A stretch of 56,524 bases of DNA, counting the filler, from Sphacelaria rigidula (taxonomy: Eukaryota), in NCBI GenBank assembly GCA_964200075.2. It is 7 parts of 7 records of this genome, joined end to end, with 100 filler letters (N's around TTAATTAATTAA, not from the genome) between each part and the next. Parts side by side here need not be neighbours in the genome. Positions count along the whole stretch, not along the records: positions 8,091 to 16,079 come from CAXNAA020012724.1; positions 16,180 to 24,168 come from CAXNAA020012725.1; 5 more parts are not named here. One strand, written 5' to 3'. Made by a program: the position numbers and the translations under genes. This document shows, piece by piece, positions 9,620 to 21,500 of the stretch. The notes under the pieces were generated by a model that was not told where the DNA came from, made no database searches, and saw only the letters and a program-made list of their open reading frames with translations. Position 1 is the first letter of the stretch; each line of letters starts with the position of its first letter.

Positions 9620-12600
9620 GTGAAGGAGTTTATTGCAAAGGCGAACTTGGGAAAAGTCGCTGTCAACGACAGCCTCAGCCGGCTGCATGCCCTCGGCACG
9701 CACCCTCTCACGCTGGGACTTGCATGCGCTGTACTGGCCGCTGGCGATGGAGGTGACGGGAGTGGTGGGGGTGGGGTGGGGGATAATTGGGGTGCTTCTA
9801 CGTCTATGCGAAAGGGTCTCCAGGTGAGGGGAGCACGGTAACGAATGTAAGTGTGTTTGCAGTGAATCGACCACACTTGACAGTGTTTTCGTGAAATTGA
9901 GAGTAAAGGATACGATTCGGAGTCAAAAGCGGTCAATTAGTGAATGAATCGTTTCAGTTCCGAAATGCCTCTCCAAGAGGCCCAGTATGCTTTCTGTTGT
10001 GGCTTGCTTGCCAAGTGAGGCCCTTGATATCCCTGAGTAGGATATCGACGTGTAGCTGTGAACTCACGCAAGTGATAGAGGCAAAGAAAAGCACACATGG
10101 AGTGAAAAAATTGCTAAGTTATAGCGAGTGATCATCTCACAAAAGCGTTCTTACTGATAGTAACTGAAAGGACAGTATTTTCGCGTGTGGTACTATGATC
10201 CTGCGCAGCAGCTGAACAGCTAAGATTGGAACGACAGTGTTCGCACCGTGAGGTCTGCTATGATCATGATGCTGCTGCACAAAGAAGTCACACGGTTTCA
10301 CCCACGAGCAGCTGCCAGAACAGACTACGATACTGTATTGTATTGTGCTGTACTAAACTGTGCACAGGAAAAATATGTGAGACGTACATTTGATCATTGG
10401 ATACGCGACCTATAGGATGATGACGATGCCCGGGAGTTGACTTGCGATTCTGCACGAAGCGAACGTTCACTTTCTGCGGTAAATTTTCCCATCAATAGCT
10501 TAGTGTGTATATATAGATGAAGAGTGTTGCAGGATTGCGCTGTGTCGTAAGGCTGCACTACTGAACTACAGGTACAGTTGATTGATCGATTGATTATCTC
10601 ACATTGGCTAATTGCAACAATCCAGCCCGTGGTCAGGAGCAGCAAAAATAGAACATAATAATGAAAGAAAAAAGAAAGAAAGGGACAGAAAAAGACGGAA
10701 GCAACGGCCTCAAAAAGGAAAGAAAGGGAGCAGTGATGACAACAAAAACACCAACAACAGCAGTACCAACAAAATAACGACAAACACGTACACGAGCACA
10801 AACACAAACACAAAAATATGATGTTGCATTACGTAGCTGATTGCAACACTCCAGCTCGTAAACAAAAAAAAAAAAAAAGGAGAAAAATTAAATAAAATGA
10901 AGAATAAAAGAATAGAACGTGAACACAACAGTGCAAGCTATTCATTCAGGCATGGCAGATCGAGCTCTTGAGGGGTGATTTTGACCGCACTGTAGTGGGA
11001 TCGTCGTTGTGTGTCGAAATAAAGACATATTAGGCGTACTTTTCCCGTCTCACAAAGTAAAGTAGGTTTCGTCTACACAGACCTTTAACGGTGGTGGACG
11101 CGTGATTTGATTACTTGGAAATCTTCGGGGTTTTTTAGGTGCGTTTTTTTTGTTGTTGTCATGTGCGCACCCCCCACCACGTAAACACACGGCCTGATAA
11201 AAAATCAATCGGCCTTGAAGTGGCTGCTTTTCGCCTCCAATCCAAGGTGAAAGAAGAGGCGAAGCAAAGTTGAACAAAAGGTGCAAGTCTTGGTGCGCAA
11301 TTAAAATCAAATTCCCACCTTTTAGGGAATTCGAAGAATACAGAAAAAAGTCTCAAGAATCAGCCTAAGTTTAGGTATCACGTTGACCCAGATATCCACA
11401 AAAATACATATATATATACTATATATGTCCACATGTACATCCCGTGTATTTGCTCGTTCTCACGACGTCCATTATGTGACCACGGCTAGATCCCTGGGGA
11501 ATCAGTTAAAGTGCGACACTCAGTATTTCAATCACGAACCCAGCTTTACAGTAGCATCCCTAACCCCGTGGTTGACGTAATACGATCTGCTTCACATAAC
11601 CTAGGTTACGTATTGGACGGAAGAAGTATATCTACCTATATATCTTTATATATGAAACTGGGTAATCGTCGCGTCAATTTCGCTACTGCGTTGTGTGCGG
11701 TTAAGCTGCGTTCGGTGTGTCACTTTTGTCACCCGTGTCTGATTCCCATGTCGGTAGACCACCTCTTACGCGACAAAATGTAGCGTCGACACTTTCAACG
11801 ATAGTCCCCCCTCCCCCAAAAAACCAGCCCAAAACTGTCTCGAAGAAATTGGTCATACAGCGCGTTGAAAAGAAGACATATTTTCTGGAAACTCGCGATA
11901 TCCACGAGCTTACCGCAACGTCGTACGAGCTGGGCCAGCTTAACCCTTGGACAGCGAAAGTAAGAAAATATGTTGAATCGGCATCAATTTCACTTGAAAA
12001 AAGTATGCATGATCCAGAAAGACAAACCTCGCGGTATAAGGGTTAAAAGCGGCTCAAACTTGCTCACACCACAGCTTCCCCAGTTTCCCGAATGAACCCG
12101 ATGTAAGCATATCACTGTGAAGTGTAGACCAACCTGGTAACACACGGCACCGCCACTGAGTGAAGAAAATATGAAAATAATGTACTGCATAATGTGTGAC
12201 CTTAACGACGGACGAAGAAAAAAAGATAATATGTCGGGATTCGAACTCATTACCTCTATAATTGGAGTCTCCCACCACTTGATTTATAGGGGTGCAGCAG
12301 CGTCACGGAAAATGTTGAACGCACGGCCCAATTCGACGATTCTTGGGCTGAAATTTCAGGTAGACCTTCTGCGCCCAAGGAGCTGATACTTCGCGTGACC
12401 AGCTGCAGATTCTCCTTTTTTTCTGGACTCATGACATCATCTTGTTTTTGCTAAAATTTCATATGCCCATAACTTATTTTTTATTTTATTTTTCTTCGCT
12501 GCTCACGTGATCTTCTGCATTTCGATCATGAAAAGCTGCTCAAAATTTCAGCGTCCAACTCCTAATATCGCGCCTTGCGTTGCCTGAGCGAGATTCACAC

Positions 12601-14390
12601 CTGCTCTTGGCTGGCCCGGCTCGTATGTGAGGCGGGTTCTAATCGAGGAGGGTTGTTCCCGTTTCAAAAATCCCGTTTCGAAAGGGGATTGCCTCCGCAA
12701 CGACCAGTTTGAGTAGTACCGACAAGCAGTTTTGTCCAGATCGAATCCCGGGTCTGCACACAAGTTCAGAACTGCGGCGTTTCTCGGAGTGGCCGTGAGT
12801 CCAAAATCGCTACACTGTGACACAGACAAGACGCAACAAGGCAACACAACACCTGCACACCAAACCCCGAAAGAACAAGCGCAGACACCCACCTCTCACT
12901 CGCATTAGTTCCGGCGGTAGCCCTTGCAAAGCTATCCACAGGACAACCGTCGTTTGACAGAGATCCGTTCTGTACTGGAGGAATATCATGGGAGGAATAG
13001 CGGCCGCGTGCGTTTGAAATTACGAGCCGGACCGGCCTCAAGTCCAAAATTCCTTTCAACGAACATATCTCAAACTCAGAACCGTGGTGAAACATTGCAA
13101 AGTGAACATATCCCTGTGATCGGGAGATCCCCCCGTGTGTGCCCCGGCAGTTCTCACTTTTATCCATGGTGTTCATACCGAGGACAATGTCGTGTACCGA
13201 ACTTACCCTGGATTCAGTACCTGGCGAAACCGTGACCTTATGGTGAGACTGTCACCGTCAGGGTGCATAGAACGTGGCTTCGATTCCCGCCAGTCTTTTT
13301 TTTGGGGGGGGGGGATGGAGGTATACGATTTCCACTGTCAAAACCCTGAGGACGTGAGAAGATATGAGTTGATCCCTCGAGACCACGGACTCGTCCCGAG
13401 GAGGGAGAGGGGCACAGGGTGTGAGGAAAAAAAATATCGAGTGCCGATAAAGTGTGACAAAAAACAAAACAAAAAGTTCGTGTGCCGGTAATATACGAGG
13501 TCAATTACAGCACGTGCCCAAATACTCGGCACGGAGAAAGTGCCGGCGAGTCTGCCACGTATGGTATCGTTGTTGTCTTCACATTAAAAACCGTTCCGAT
13601 ATCTGCGCGGTACATTCGTACTGGGCATCTGATGAGGACGCCTTCCGTGGTATTCATAGCTATTATATGATATGATGGGACGGTGAAATATGTCGACGTC
13701 TGCGCAACGTGTGGTTACCTGCTGGGTCGGTGGCATCCGCATGCTCGAGTCCCACACTCGCACTTTGTGCTCGCTGTACTTTCTGTACTACACGTCTGTC
13801 CTACCTTTTTTGCTTCTTCTCTGTTCTTCGGCGAGTGTTTCAGTTTTGCCCTTGTCTCGGGTACGTGTATCGTATGACCACGGCTGGATCCCTGGGAGGA
13901 TCAGTTAATGTACGACAATCAATCAACCAATCGAAGCGATCAAATTAAACGTAGCGCTCCCTCGGCTGCCACGCCTCCTTTCGGGATGATATAATTGTCG
14001 GAAGCCTTATCGTGTCATGAATGCTTTCGTTGTGCGTGGAACAATCGCCCGCACTATCTCCTGCAGTGCATCATTTCTCTATGCAACTAACTCACGCATG
14101 TTGCGCCGGGGTCGGCATCAGAAATACCCAACACTGCCTCCCCTTTCCTCTCCTCCAAATCCGGTATTTATTTTTTAATTGGCAAACTCCCGTTGGTTCA
14201 CCCCGGAATGTAATTTCAGCTCGGAGGGCCGGAAGTTCGCTTGACCAAGGCCTGCGTGGTTGCCGCTTGGCTTGAGAGCACGATGGCTGGAGAAGGAGAG
14301 GCAGGAGCGGAGGAGAACACTGATGTGCCGTCGTCCGGCACGGAGTCGGCACTTCTAGCTGCCGAGACGCTCGCCCTGGCCATGTTCCAG
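9620..14390 (+). CDS. Two candidate internal exons (9620-9823, 14220-14390) of an unidentified protein; partial
   Basis: Both have AG/GT boundaries, phase 0-0 and open frames (VKEFIAKANLGK...LHALGTHPLTLGLACAVL...; LGGPEVRLTKACVVAAWLE...LALAMFQ). Confidence 0.55.
9880..10150. mobile_element. MITE, inverted copy of the 4358-4655 family
   Basis: Reverse-complement similarity (CCCTTGATATCCCTGAGTAGGATATCGACGTGTAGCTGT). Confidence 0.78.
11464..11520 (+). mobile_element. Family C 3' end
   Basis: GACCACGGCTAGATCCCTGGGGAATCAGTTAAAGTGCGACA. Confidence 0.75.
11944..12042. mobile_element. 99-bp piggyBac-type MITE
   Basis: TTAA|CCCTT...AAGGG|TTAA with imperfect 14-bp inverted ends; an empty paralogous site lies on the minus strand at ~32387-32421. 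Confidence 0.8.
12060..12292 (-). mobile_element. Probable tRNA-headed SINE
   Basis: Minus-strand A-box-like TAAATCAAGTGG and B-box GAGTTCGAATCCC at tRNA-like spacing; 3' limit uncertain. Confidence 0.45.
13795..13932 (+). mobile_element. Family C 3' region (pyrimidine-rich UTR, hairpin, CAAT tail)
   Basis: Homologous to 52650-52800 (-) and 55610-55770 (+). Confidence 0.75.
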
Positions 14391-14979
14391 GTACACGGGG
14401 GTGGAGGCGAATATGGGGGTGTGGGGTGAAATCAACATAGCACCCACGTTGTAAAACGATCTTATCATATTCTTTAATGAAAGGGGAGAAAAAAAGGCAG
14501 TTTTTTAAATGTAGTACCCATCGTCGCAACGCTGGTGCATTCTGCACGCGCGCGCGCGCACGTCAACATCTTGCACCAACCCGGCCGTGACCTCACGAAC
14601 CCCGCTCCCCGCACACGAGGTCGTGCTTTTTGCTCTGGTCCATTTCAGTCCCCTCGTACTTGCACCTCTCCCCCTCAGGGGTCTTATTAGCGGGTCTGAT
14701 TTTTCCCGAAGTATCCGAATTTAACGGGGGAGGAAAGATCCCGTTGAATGTGGGATCACATCTCTCGACCAGGTCAGGCTATAGATCAACTGAAGACAGA
14801 CTACATATTACTCCGAAAATCTGGGGTGATGATTTTTTTCAGCATTTTTTCTTCCCGAGAAGTCGCGAAAAAACTCCAATTTTTCGGAGAAAATCACAGG
14901 AGTCCAAAAAAAAATGCCCTGTAAATTAACCCTTTGAGCCCCCCGCCTGAATTTAAAAGACAACATGAGAATAAGATTG

Positions 14980-15631
14980 CAAGGGCAGGTCGAGCAGAGT
15001 ATACTCAATACACGGTATTTTCGAAGACTCATACTTTTTGTGCTCAGACTTTGAGTAGAGTATTTGAGGTCGTACTCAATCTACTCAAATTATTGAGTAG
15101 AGTATTTGAGATCATACTCAATCTACCCAAAGTTTGAGTGTAGTATCAAGGTCATACTCACGTGATACTCTATACTCAGGTATTACTGAGAGTGCCTACT
15201 CAATATTTGAGTAGAGTATTTGAGAAAGTATTCGATCTACTCAATGTTTGAGCAGGGTACTTGAGGCCATAATCAACCTACTCAAAATTTGAGTAGAGTA
15301 TTTGAGGCTGTACTTGATCTACTCAATGTTTGAGTAGAATATTTGAGGTCGTACTCGATCTACTAAAACTTTGAGTAGAGTATTTGAGGTTGTACTTGAT
15401 CGACTCAAACTTCGAGTAGAATATTTGAGGTCGTACTCGATCTACTCAAACTTTGAGTAGAGTATTTGAGGTTGTACTCGATCTACTCGAACTTTGAGTA
15501 GAGTATTTGAGGTCGTAATCGATCTACTCAAACTTTGAGTAAAGTATTTGAGGCCGTACTCGACCTACTCAAAATTTGAGTAGGGTAAATACTCGAGTAC
15601 TCAAAAGTACACTCTATTCGACCTGCCCTTG
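14980..15631. mobile_element. hAT-like MITE filled with a palindromic 41-bp tandem array
   Basis: Perfect 14-bp TIR CAAGGGCAGGTCGA (23/26 when extended); degenerate 8-bp TSD TAAGATTG/TGAGACTG. Confidence 0.85.
15050..15585. repeat. Minisatellite, ~13 copies of the 41-bp unit TTTGAGTAGAGTATTTGAGGTCGTACTCGATCTACTCAAAC
   Basis: Period 41 measured directly (15422 to 15463); each unit has the internal inverted repeat TTTGAGTAGA/TCTACTCAAA. Confidence 0.92.
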
Positions 15632-15867
15632 TGAGACTGTGAGTAAAGAGAATGATAACGACAACCAGCCCACGCATGGTAACCATCTCACACGCTGTTT
15701 CGCGTTCTCATTTTCATTTTCTTAAAAACCGTTCAAGATTTATTTGAACCTTTCGACCGCTAGCATGTAGGCCACCTGTCAAATTAGCACCAATTTCACT
15801 CGAATAATGAGTGCATTACCAGATGGGCCTACCCTCGTGGTGAAAGGGTTCAAGTGTTGTGAGAACT

Positions 15868-15990
15868 GTGTGTGTGTTGTGTTGTCGTCCCATCTAATCT
15901 GAACGCCAGTCGACACCTTTCGGTATATGTGGGCGCACCAGCCGGGGTCACACGGGAGGCAGGTCAACACAAGAGATTTTTCTTTTTTAT
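15868..15990 (-). mobile_element. 3' part of the tRNA-headed SINE seen at 28145-28485
   Basis: Reverse complement of ..GTGACCCCGGCTGGTGCGCCCACATATACCGAAAGGTGT..GGGAC(AAC/AC)n. Confidence 0.75.
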
Positions 15991-16079
15991 TTCTTTTTGG
16001 TAGCCTATGGAACCCCGGCGCCCCGTACAAAAAACCGGGCACCCGCAGCGGCTTATTTTGTGCGTTTCGTTCGCCAGGC

Positions 16080-16179
16080 NNNNNNNNNNNNNNNNNNNNN
16101 NNNNNNNNNNNNNNNNNNNNNNNTTAATTAATTAANNNNNNNNNNNNNNNNNNNNNNNNNNNNNNNNNNNNNNNNNNNN
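16080..16179. other. Artificial contig linker
   Basis: Same 100-bp N44-TTAATTAATTAA-N44 spacer. Confidence 0.97.
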
Positions 16180-16554
16180 TTGTCGATACCGACCGACGCC
16201 TCGAGGGCCTACGTGCAGCAAAAACACAGTGGCAAGGCAAAACAACGGCACAACGCGACTTGGTTGGTTGCAAGAAGATAAGCTTTCGCCTTGTCCGTGT
16301 TGTGGCCGGCAACGTGAGTCCGATCGCATGGGCAGTGGCGGCAGTGCCTGGAAACATTGACAGACGACAGCGGCCACTGTCAACCGGCTACTGATGGGAC
16401 GCTCCTCCGACGTGCCCTGCTGCAGGACTGAGAGTTTGGAACGCCAGAACGGCCGGGCTGAACACAACACTTTGCAGTCAATCTCGAGCTCTTTCTGCAC
16501 GAGTGGGACGTCAACGTCGACCACCGTGATCAACGATATTTTGGCTCGTGGTTA

Positions 16555-17160
16555 AGTCCACCTCCAGTACACGTGTAGCTGCATGATAAATTGACGCCTG
16601 ATACAGCAGATATTAGTGTTGAAAATGGTGTGTTGAAATATCGAGTATGGATCTAGGTATTTGGCAATTCTCAGGATAGGAATCGCGAGCTGGGAAGCCG
16701 ACGCTTCCGATACGCAAACTGATCGTCTCTGGGGCTCCGCCCGCTATAAAGGGAGAGGGGTGGTGCATTCACACCATCTGTTCCCCCCTTTTCTTGCAAA
16801 AATGACCCTTGAAAAACAACGAAAAAGGCCCAGAAAACCAGAAAACCGGTTATGTGGCCATTTTCGGGGTATCGATAGAAATATCGATGTCGAGGTGTTT
16901 TCGTCGATTCTTCAACACTAGCAGATATGGGTATGAGGGTCACATGATATTAGGCAATGGGATATTCTTGGGCGAATGACCATGACTGATTCAAGTATTA
17001 CATGTGTGAACGGAAGTGCAAGGTCACCTCCGATGTCGGAGGCAATGTGTTTGTGAACAACGTCTATCTTGAGATACGCAAGCCCTTGTGAGGGAGGAGG
17101 TCTTGGGAGCAGTTACTTGACCTTGTTCTAAGTCCAGGAGAGTCTAGAATGAACGTGTAT
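16555..17160 (+). repeat. 5' LTR remnant (interrupted by a MITE at 16614-16920)
   Basis: Gap-free match 16921-17035 vs 23122-23236, 90/115 identical by hand count. Confidence 0.75.
16614..16920. mobile_element. hAT-type MITE inserted in the 5' LTR
   Basis: TIR TAGTGTTGAA/TTCAACACTA; perfect 8-bp TSD GCAGATAT; empty site in the 3' LTR at 23122. Confidence 0.9.
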
Positions 17161-17299
17161 CCAGGGAACCTGCTAGTTTCTGGGTGAGGGTTCTTCAGCT
17201 GCGGAGAGTTAGTGTCATTTGTACACAGAGATGTGCAGTCTGTAACGCGAGGAGGCTCGCTGAACAACACAGGGACGGCTAGGTCGGCTGGAAGCACTG

Positions 17300-18245
17300 C
17301 ATGAAGCTATCTAAATGTACGGAGGAATGGCAGCGCGCAGGAGGGGTGGCCAGAGCGATACAGCCGATTAGGTGAAGTCTAAACGAACTGAGCTGATGGT
17401 AGGTGGTTCGCTGAAAGCACTGGAGTGCGACCGGCTTTTCGCTGAAAATGCGCCCAGAAGGTTTCCCCGAAAGTACGCGGAGTACGAGGAAGTCGTACAA
17501 CTAAGCAACAAGGGACGTACAGTGCAGGCCGCCTTGTTGACTGTAACAGAACTATGATAGTGCCCAAGCGTATTCGCGCGTGTCTGCCCCGGACAATTCT
17601 TGACGGATCGGTTGTCGACGATCATCTAAAGGAGGTGCTCGGTATGCATGCCAAATGATGGAAAGATACAGAGATCGATCCCTCGGTTGCTGCAGATGGC
17701 GTGAGAAAGGCGTTGGCTGCCCGCAACGAGCCGACGGTCTGTAGTCGACTTGAAGGGCAGTGGGGTGCCCTCGAGGAGTATTTCGCCGAGAATGCGAGCG
17801 TTGAGCGCGCGTTCCGCGAGCATCGGACGTTCAGAGCAGGACTCGCTCATGTTATTACGCGGAATTGCTCGCCGAAATGACCTCCCTGATATTTTGGACG
17901 AAAGCTCAAAACATGTTACACATGAGGGGGGGTGGAGAGAGGACCCTGGGCTCGTGTATGACAGGCTGGGGACCCAGCGGTGGCATACAAGACGGTGGAA
18001 GCGGCTGATAAGCAGCGCCGTCACCAGCCGCAGCTGGAACACGAGAGCGGCAGCGGGCCCTCCGGGTCCAACCGACAACCGTCTGGTGGAAAAACGGCGA
18101 CTACCAGCAGTGGGACTGCCAGTTCGGGGAATCTCGGAAACCGGGCCCGAGCTATGCGGGTTGTTTCGCATGTGGAGATAAGGGTCACATCCGAACGGAT
18201 CGCAAGCACCTACGCTAAGATGTTGCTCCACAACATACTGCAGGT
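17300..18245 (+). pseudogene. gag: Retrotransposon gag (disrupted)
   Basis: Zinc knuckle CFACGDKGHIRTD(R) at 18162-18203 with the last Cys lost; start position approximate. Confidence 0.7.
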
Positions 18246-18539
18246 GGGCAGACGATGACCAGCGACACGCAGCAACAACAACAGCAGCTGTTGCGGGGCT
18301 CGGGACAGGTGCGTCGAGTAGGGAGCAGCGGTCCCACCCCTACAAGGGCTGTATTTCTAGGTGATGGATGGGGTGCTCCCACCGGTAAATCGATGCTGCC
18401 GCCAGAACCGGTCGTTTCTACTGGTGGCGTACAGTACACCATGTCGACGGAAACAGTCCCGGGCTGGAAATCTAAGGCGGTGCCCGCGTGGAGATTGCTG
18501 AAACCTAGTGAGGTGTCAGACTTTCAGTCAGAGGGTATG

Positions 18540-21500
18540 AACGTAGATAACAAGGAAAGGTCGTGTCTCGCTGACTCGTCCGTGCCGAGTGCAGGGGCAA
18601 AGGGTGTTTGTCCGGTCAAGGCCATTTTAGACTCGGGATCTAGAATTACGACCATATCAGCGGGTGTAGCGGCGAAATTGCAAACTATGATTCCAGATGT
18701 TCGATTGGTCACACCGGTGGATGGCGATCTGCTGGCGATACTAGCTAACGCGTGAAGCAGCAGACTCGCCTGGTCCGAACCGCTTTACACACCGGCTGGG
18801 GACCGGTTGTGTTGGGCCCATGTTCATATGCGGTCATGCGGGGTACAGATAATGTGATTATCATGGGGAGCTCTATGCTGGGGGCGCTGCGACGGTTTCA
18901 GAGACAACCGACTAGACTACTGACAAGTCAGCGCTGACTGGTCAGTAGTCTAGTTGGTTATCTCTCAAGCCGTCACAAAAGTTTGTCGTGGGGGTTCAAT
19001 CCTCGTCACTTTTACTCCGAGGAGGGCGACTTTCCTTGCCAGTGCTCTATCGACTGCCATCAGGAACCTCCAGTGTTGTTACTTCTCATCGTAACCTTGA
19101 GTTACTCGTCTCCCCCACTCATTTCCAGAGTGTGTGCACTGGGGTCCCTAGCAGTCAACTCCAAACATAGCCACCAGGCTATATCCCACCCATTTTTTTT
19201 GGGCCAATTGTTTACTGAGGTTTTCTCTCCTTGGGGCCAATTTTTTCATCAGAGGTTTTCTCTCCTCTTTCTTCTTCAAAGAAAGTGCGTCCGACGGGAA
19301 TCGAACCGGCGACTAACTTTTGTGACAGTTTAAGAGATAACCAACTAGACTACTGACCAGTCAGCACAGCGCGGGGCATTGACGTGTACCGTAGTGTAGG
19401 TGCCTATGCACGGGCGAGGAACACTCCGGCGCGTGGTGTAAACACGCCTGATTTCAAGAATTGTCGGCGTATCAATATCGCGGTTGAGGCTTGACAGCAG
19501 TCAGGAGATCGGGAGGAGCCCGTGGAGCCCTCAGTCGAGCGGCTGGGGTCGTGCGGTCCGGAGATGAGCATGACCCCCGAACAAGAGCTTGCTGAGTATA
19601 AGTTTGCGCTGGAGGAGACGGTACTAGCAGCTGCGGATGACGATGTGTCAGAGAGCGGCGTGGGCAAGCTTCGCGAGCTTGTAAGTCGCCGTGGGGACGC
19701 TTTTCGGCGAGCGCTAGGTGGAAATCCGCCTGCTCGTTTCGAGCCCTCAAGTGTGACGTTTAAGCCTGGTGCTGTGGCGGGTTAAGGCTCGGCCGCGAGC
19801 ATACTCTCCGGTCGAGATGGCATGGGTGGCACGCTGTACGGCGACATCGGTGGCGCTCGGGCTTGTGTACCGCAGCTTGCAGGCAGTGTGGGCGAGCGCG
19901 GCGGTTGCAGTTCCCAGAAGGGGTGGTTTTCGACTGGTGAATCACTACCGTGCGGTAAATAAGCAAATTGAGAAGGTGCCGACCGTGATGCCCAACCACG
20001 AGGCGGAGATTATGGATTTGCTGGGGGCTGCTCGCTTTGGAAAACTAGATATGCTACAGGGATACTGGCAGCTGCCGTTGGCGGCTGATGCACAAGAAAT
20101 CTTCACCATCACGACCGCTGACGGTCTTTCTACGCATAACCGGGTGCCACAAGGAGTATTCAACACTACGGGGTATTTCCAGGGCACCATGACGAAGCTT
20201 TTGGCTGGACTCCCCCGCGAGGTGTGGGTAGATGACTTCTTATGGTGGAGGAAAATTTGAAGTGGTGACTTGTTGTGCACGCTGGATGCGATTTTGAGCC
20301 GCCTGAAGGATGCCGATCTTTTTGTGCAGTCGCACAAGTGTATGCTTCATGACACGCAAATCACTTGATGTGGAAACGTGCTCTCGGCTGGGCAGGTGGC
20401 TCACGATCGGGAGCGGCTAAGCACTTTGACGAATATGAGGCGTCCTCGAACCGCGGGTGAGCTGGTGCAATTTCTGCAGGCGGTGAACTGGCTGCGAATG
20501 TCTCTTCCACGCCTCGCTGAGGTGGTGGAGCCACTTCGTGTCCTGCTAGAGGAGCACATGGCATGTAACATGCGCCGTACTAAGCGGGTTGCGTCAAACA
20601 GGACACTCGAGGACACGGCGTGGACGTTTGAGCGTGAGCATGCTTGGACTGCGGCGCAAGGTTTGGTGGCTTATGCTGTTGCTCTGTCACACCTCGAGAA
20701 GGGGTACGAGGTGGTGACGTTTCCTGATGCGTCGGATCTTCATTGGGGCAGAGTTGTGACACAGGTGCCAAGAAATGAGATGGGTCCCGACGTAGCGGTG
20801 GAGGACACGAGTGACGAGCTACTCGAAATCTCCGCGAGACGCTTCGTAGAGCGCAGCTGCTGCGGGCTACGGTCGACAAAAAAGGATATGCCATCGTGAG
20901 TACATTTCGTAGGTTGGAGTACCTTTTGCGGTGCGGGGTGACCATACTCACGGACCATCGCGATCTCGCCTATATTTTCGATCCCGAGGCGTGTGCGACC
21001 ACACTGCCGAGAACTTTTGCCCAGCGCCTTGAGCGATGGAAGACTGTGATCGGGCAGTACGACTATTCAATCAAACATATTTCTGGCGAGCGTAACTGCT
21101 GGCAGGACTTACTGTCCCGGTGGGTGAATGTTTCAGCGGCATCCGCGCCAGTCATCGCTGCTTTTGCGAGTGGAGAGTCTGATGAAACGCTACCGACGAA
21201 AGAGGCCATTCGTAGAGCCTGAGAGCAAGCCCGTGCAAAGTTAGGAGGTGCGGTTGATGTAGCTTGGTCGTTTAGTGCAGCTGATGGGCGTGCTTCGGAC
21301 GACGACCAGGGCTTGTTTCGCGTGCATGTTGCAGAGAAGGGATGTACTCTGGATCCCGCCGGAAGCGATAGAGTTACACACACGCTTGATGGTATGCGCT
21401 CACATGGAAAGGAGCTGGTCACCGAGAGGTTGTGGGATCATCACAGCGCGTACGGCAGTATTCCTGTTGGTTCCGGATGGAGACCCACGCGACCGAGTTT

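Larger units (their letters stand above)
14930..15848. mobile_element. piggyBac-like non-autonomous element hosting a nested hAT-like MITE
   Basis: TTAA|CCCTTT at the left end; AAAGGG|TTCA at the right end. Confidence 0.5.

Noticed and set aside
15050..15585. CRISPR-like array of palindromic repeats
   Set aside because: Units are contiguous with no unique spacers, the context is eukaryotic with no cas genes, and the array is enclosed by transposon TIRs.
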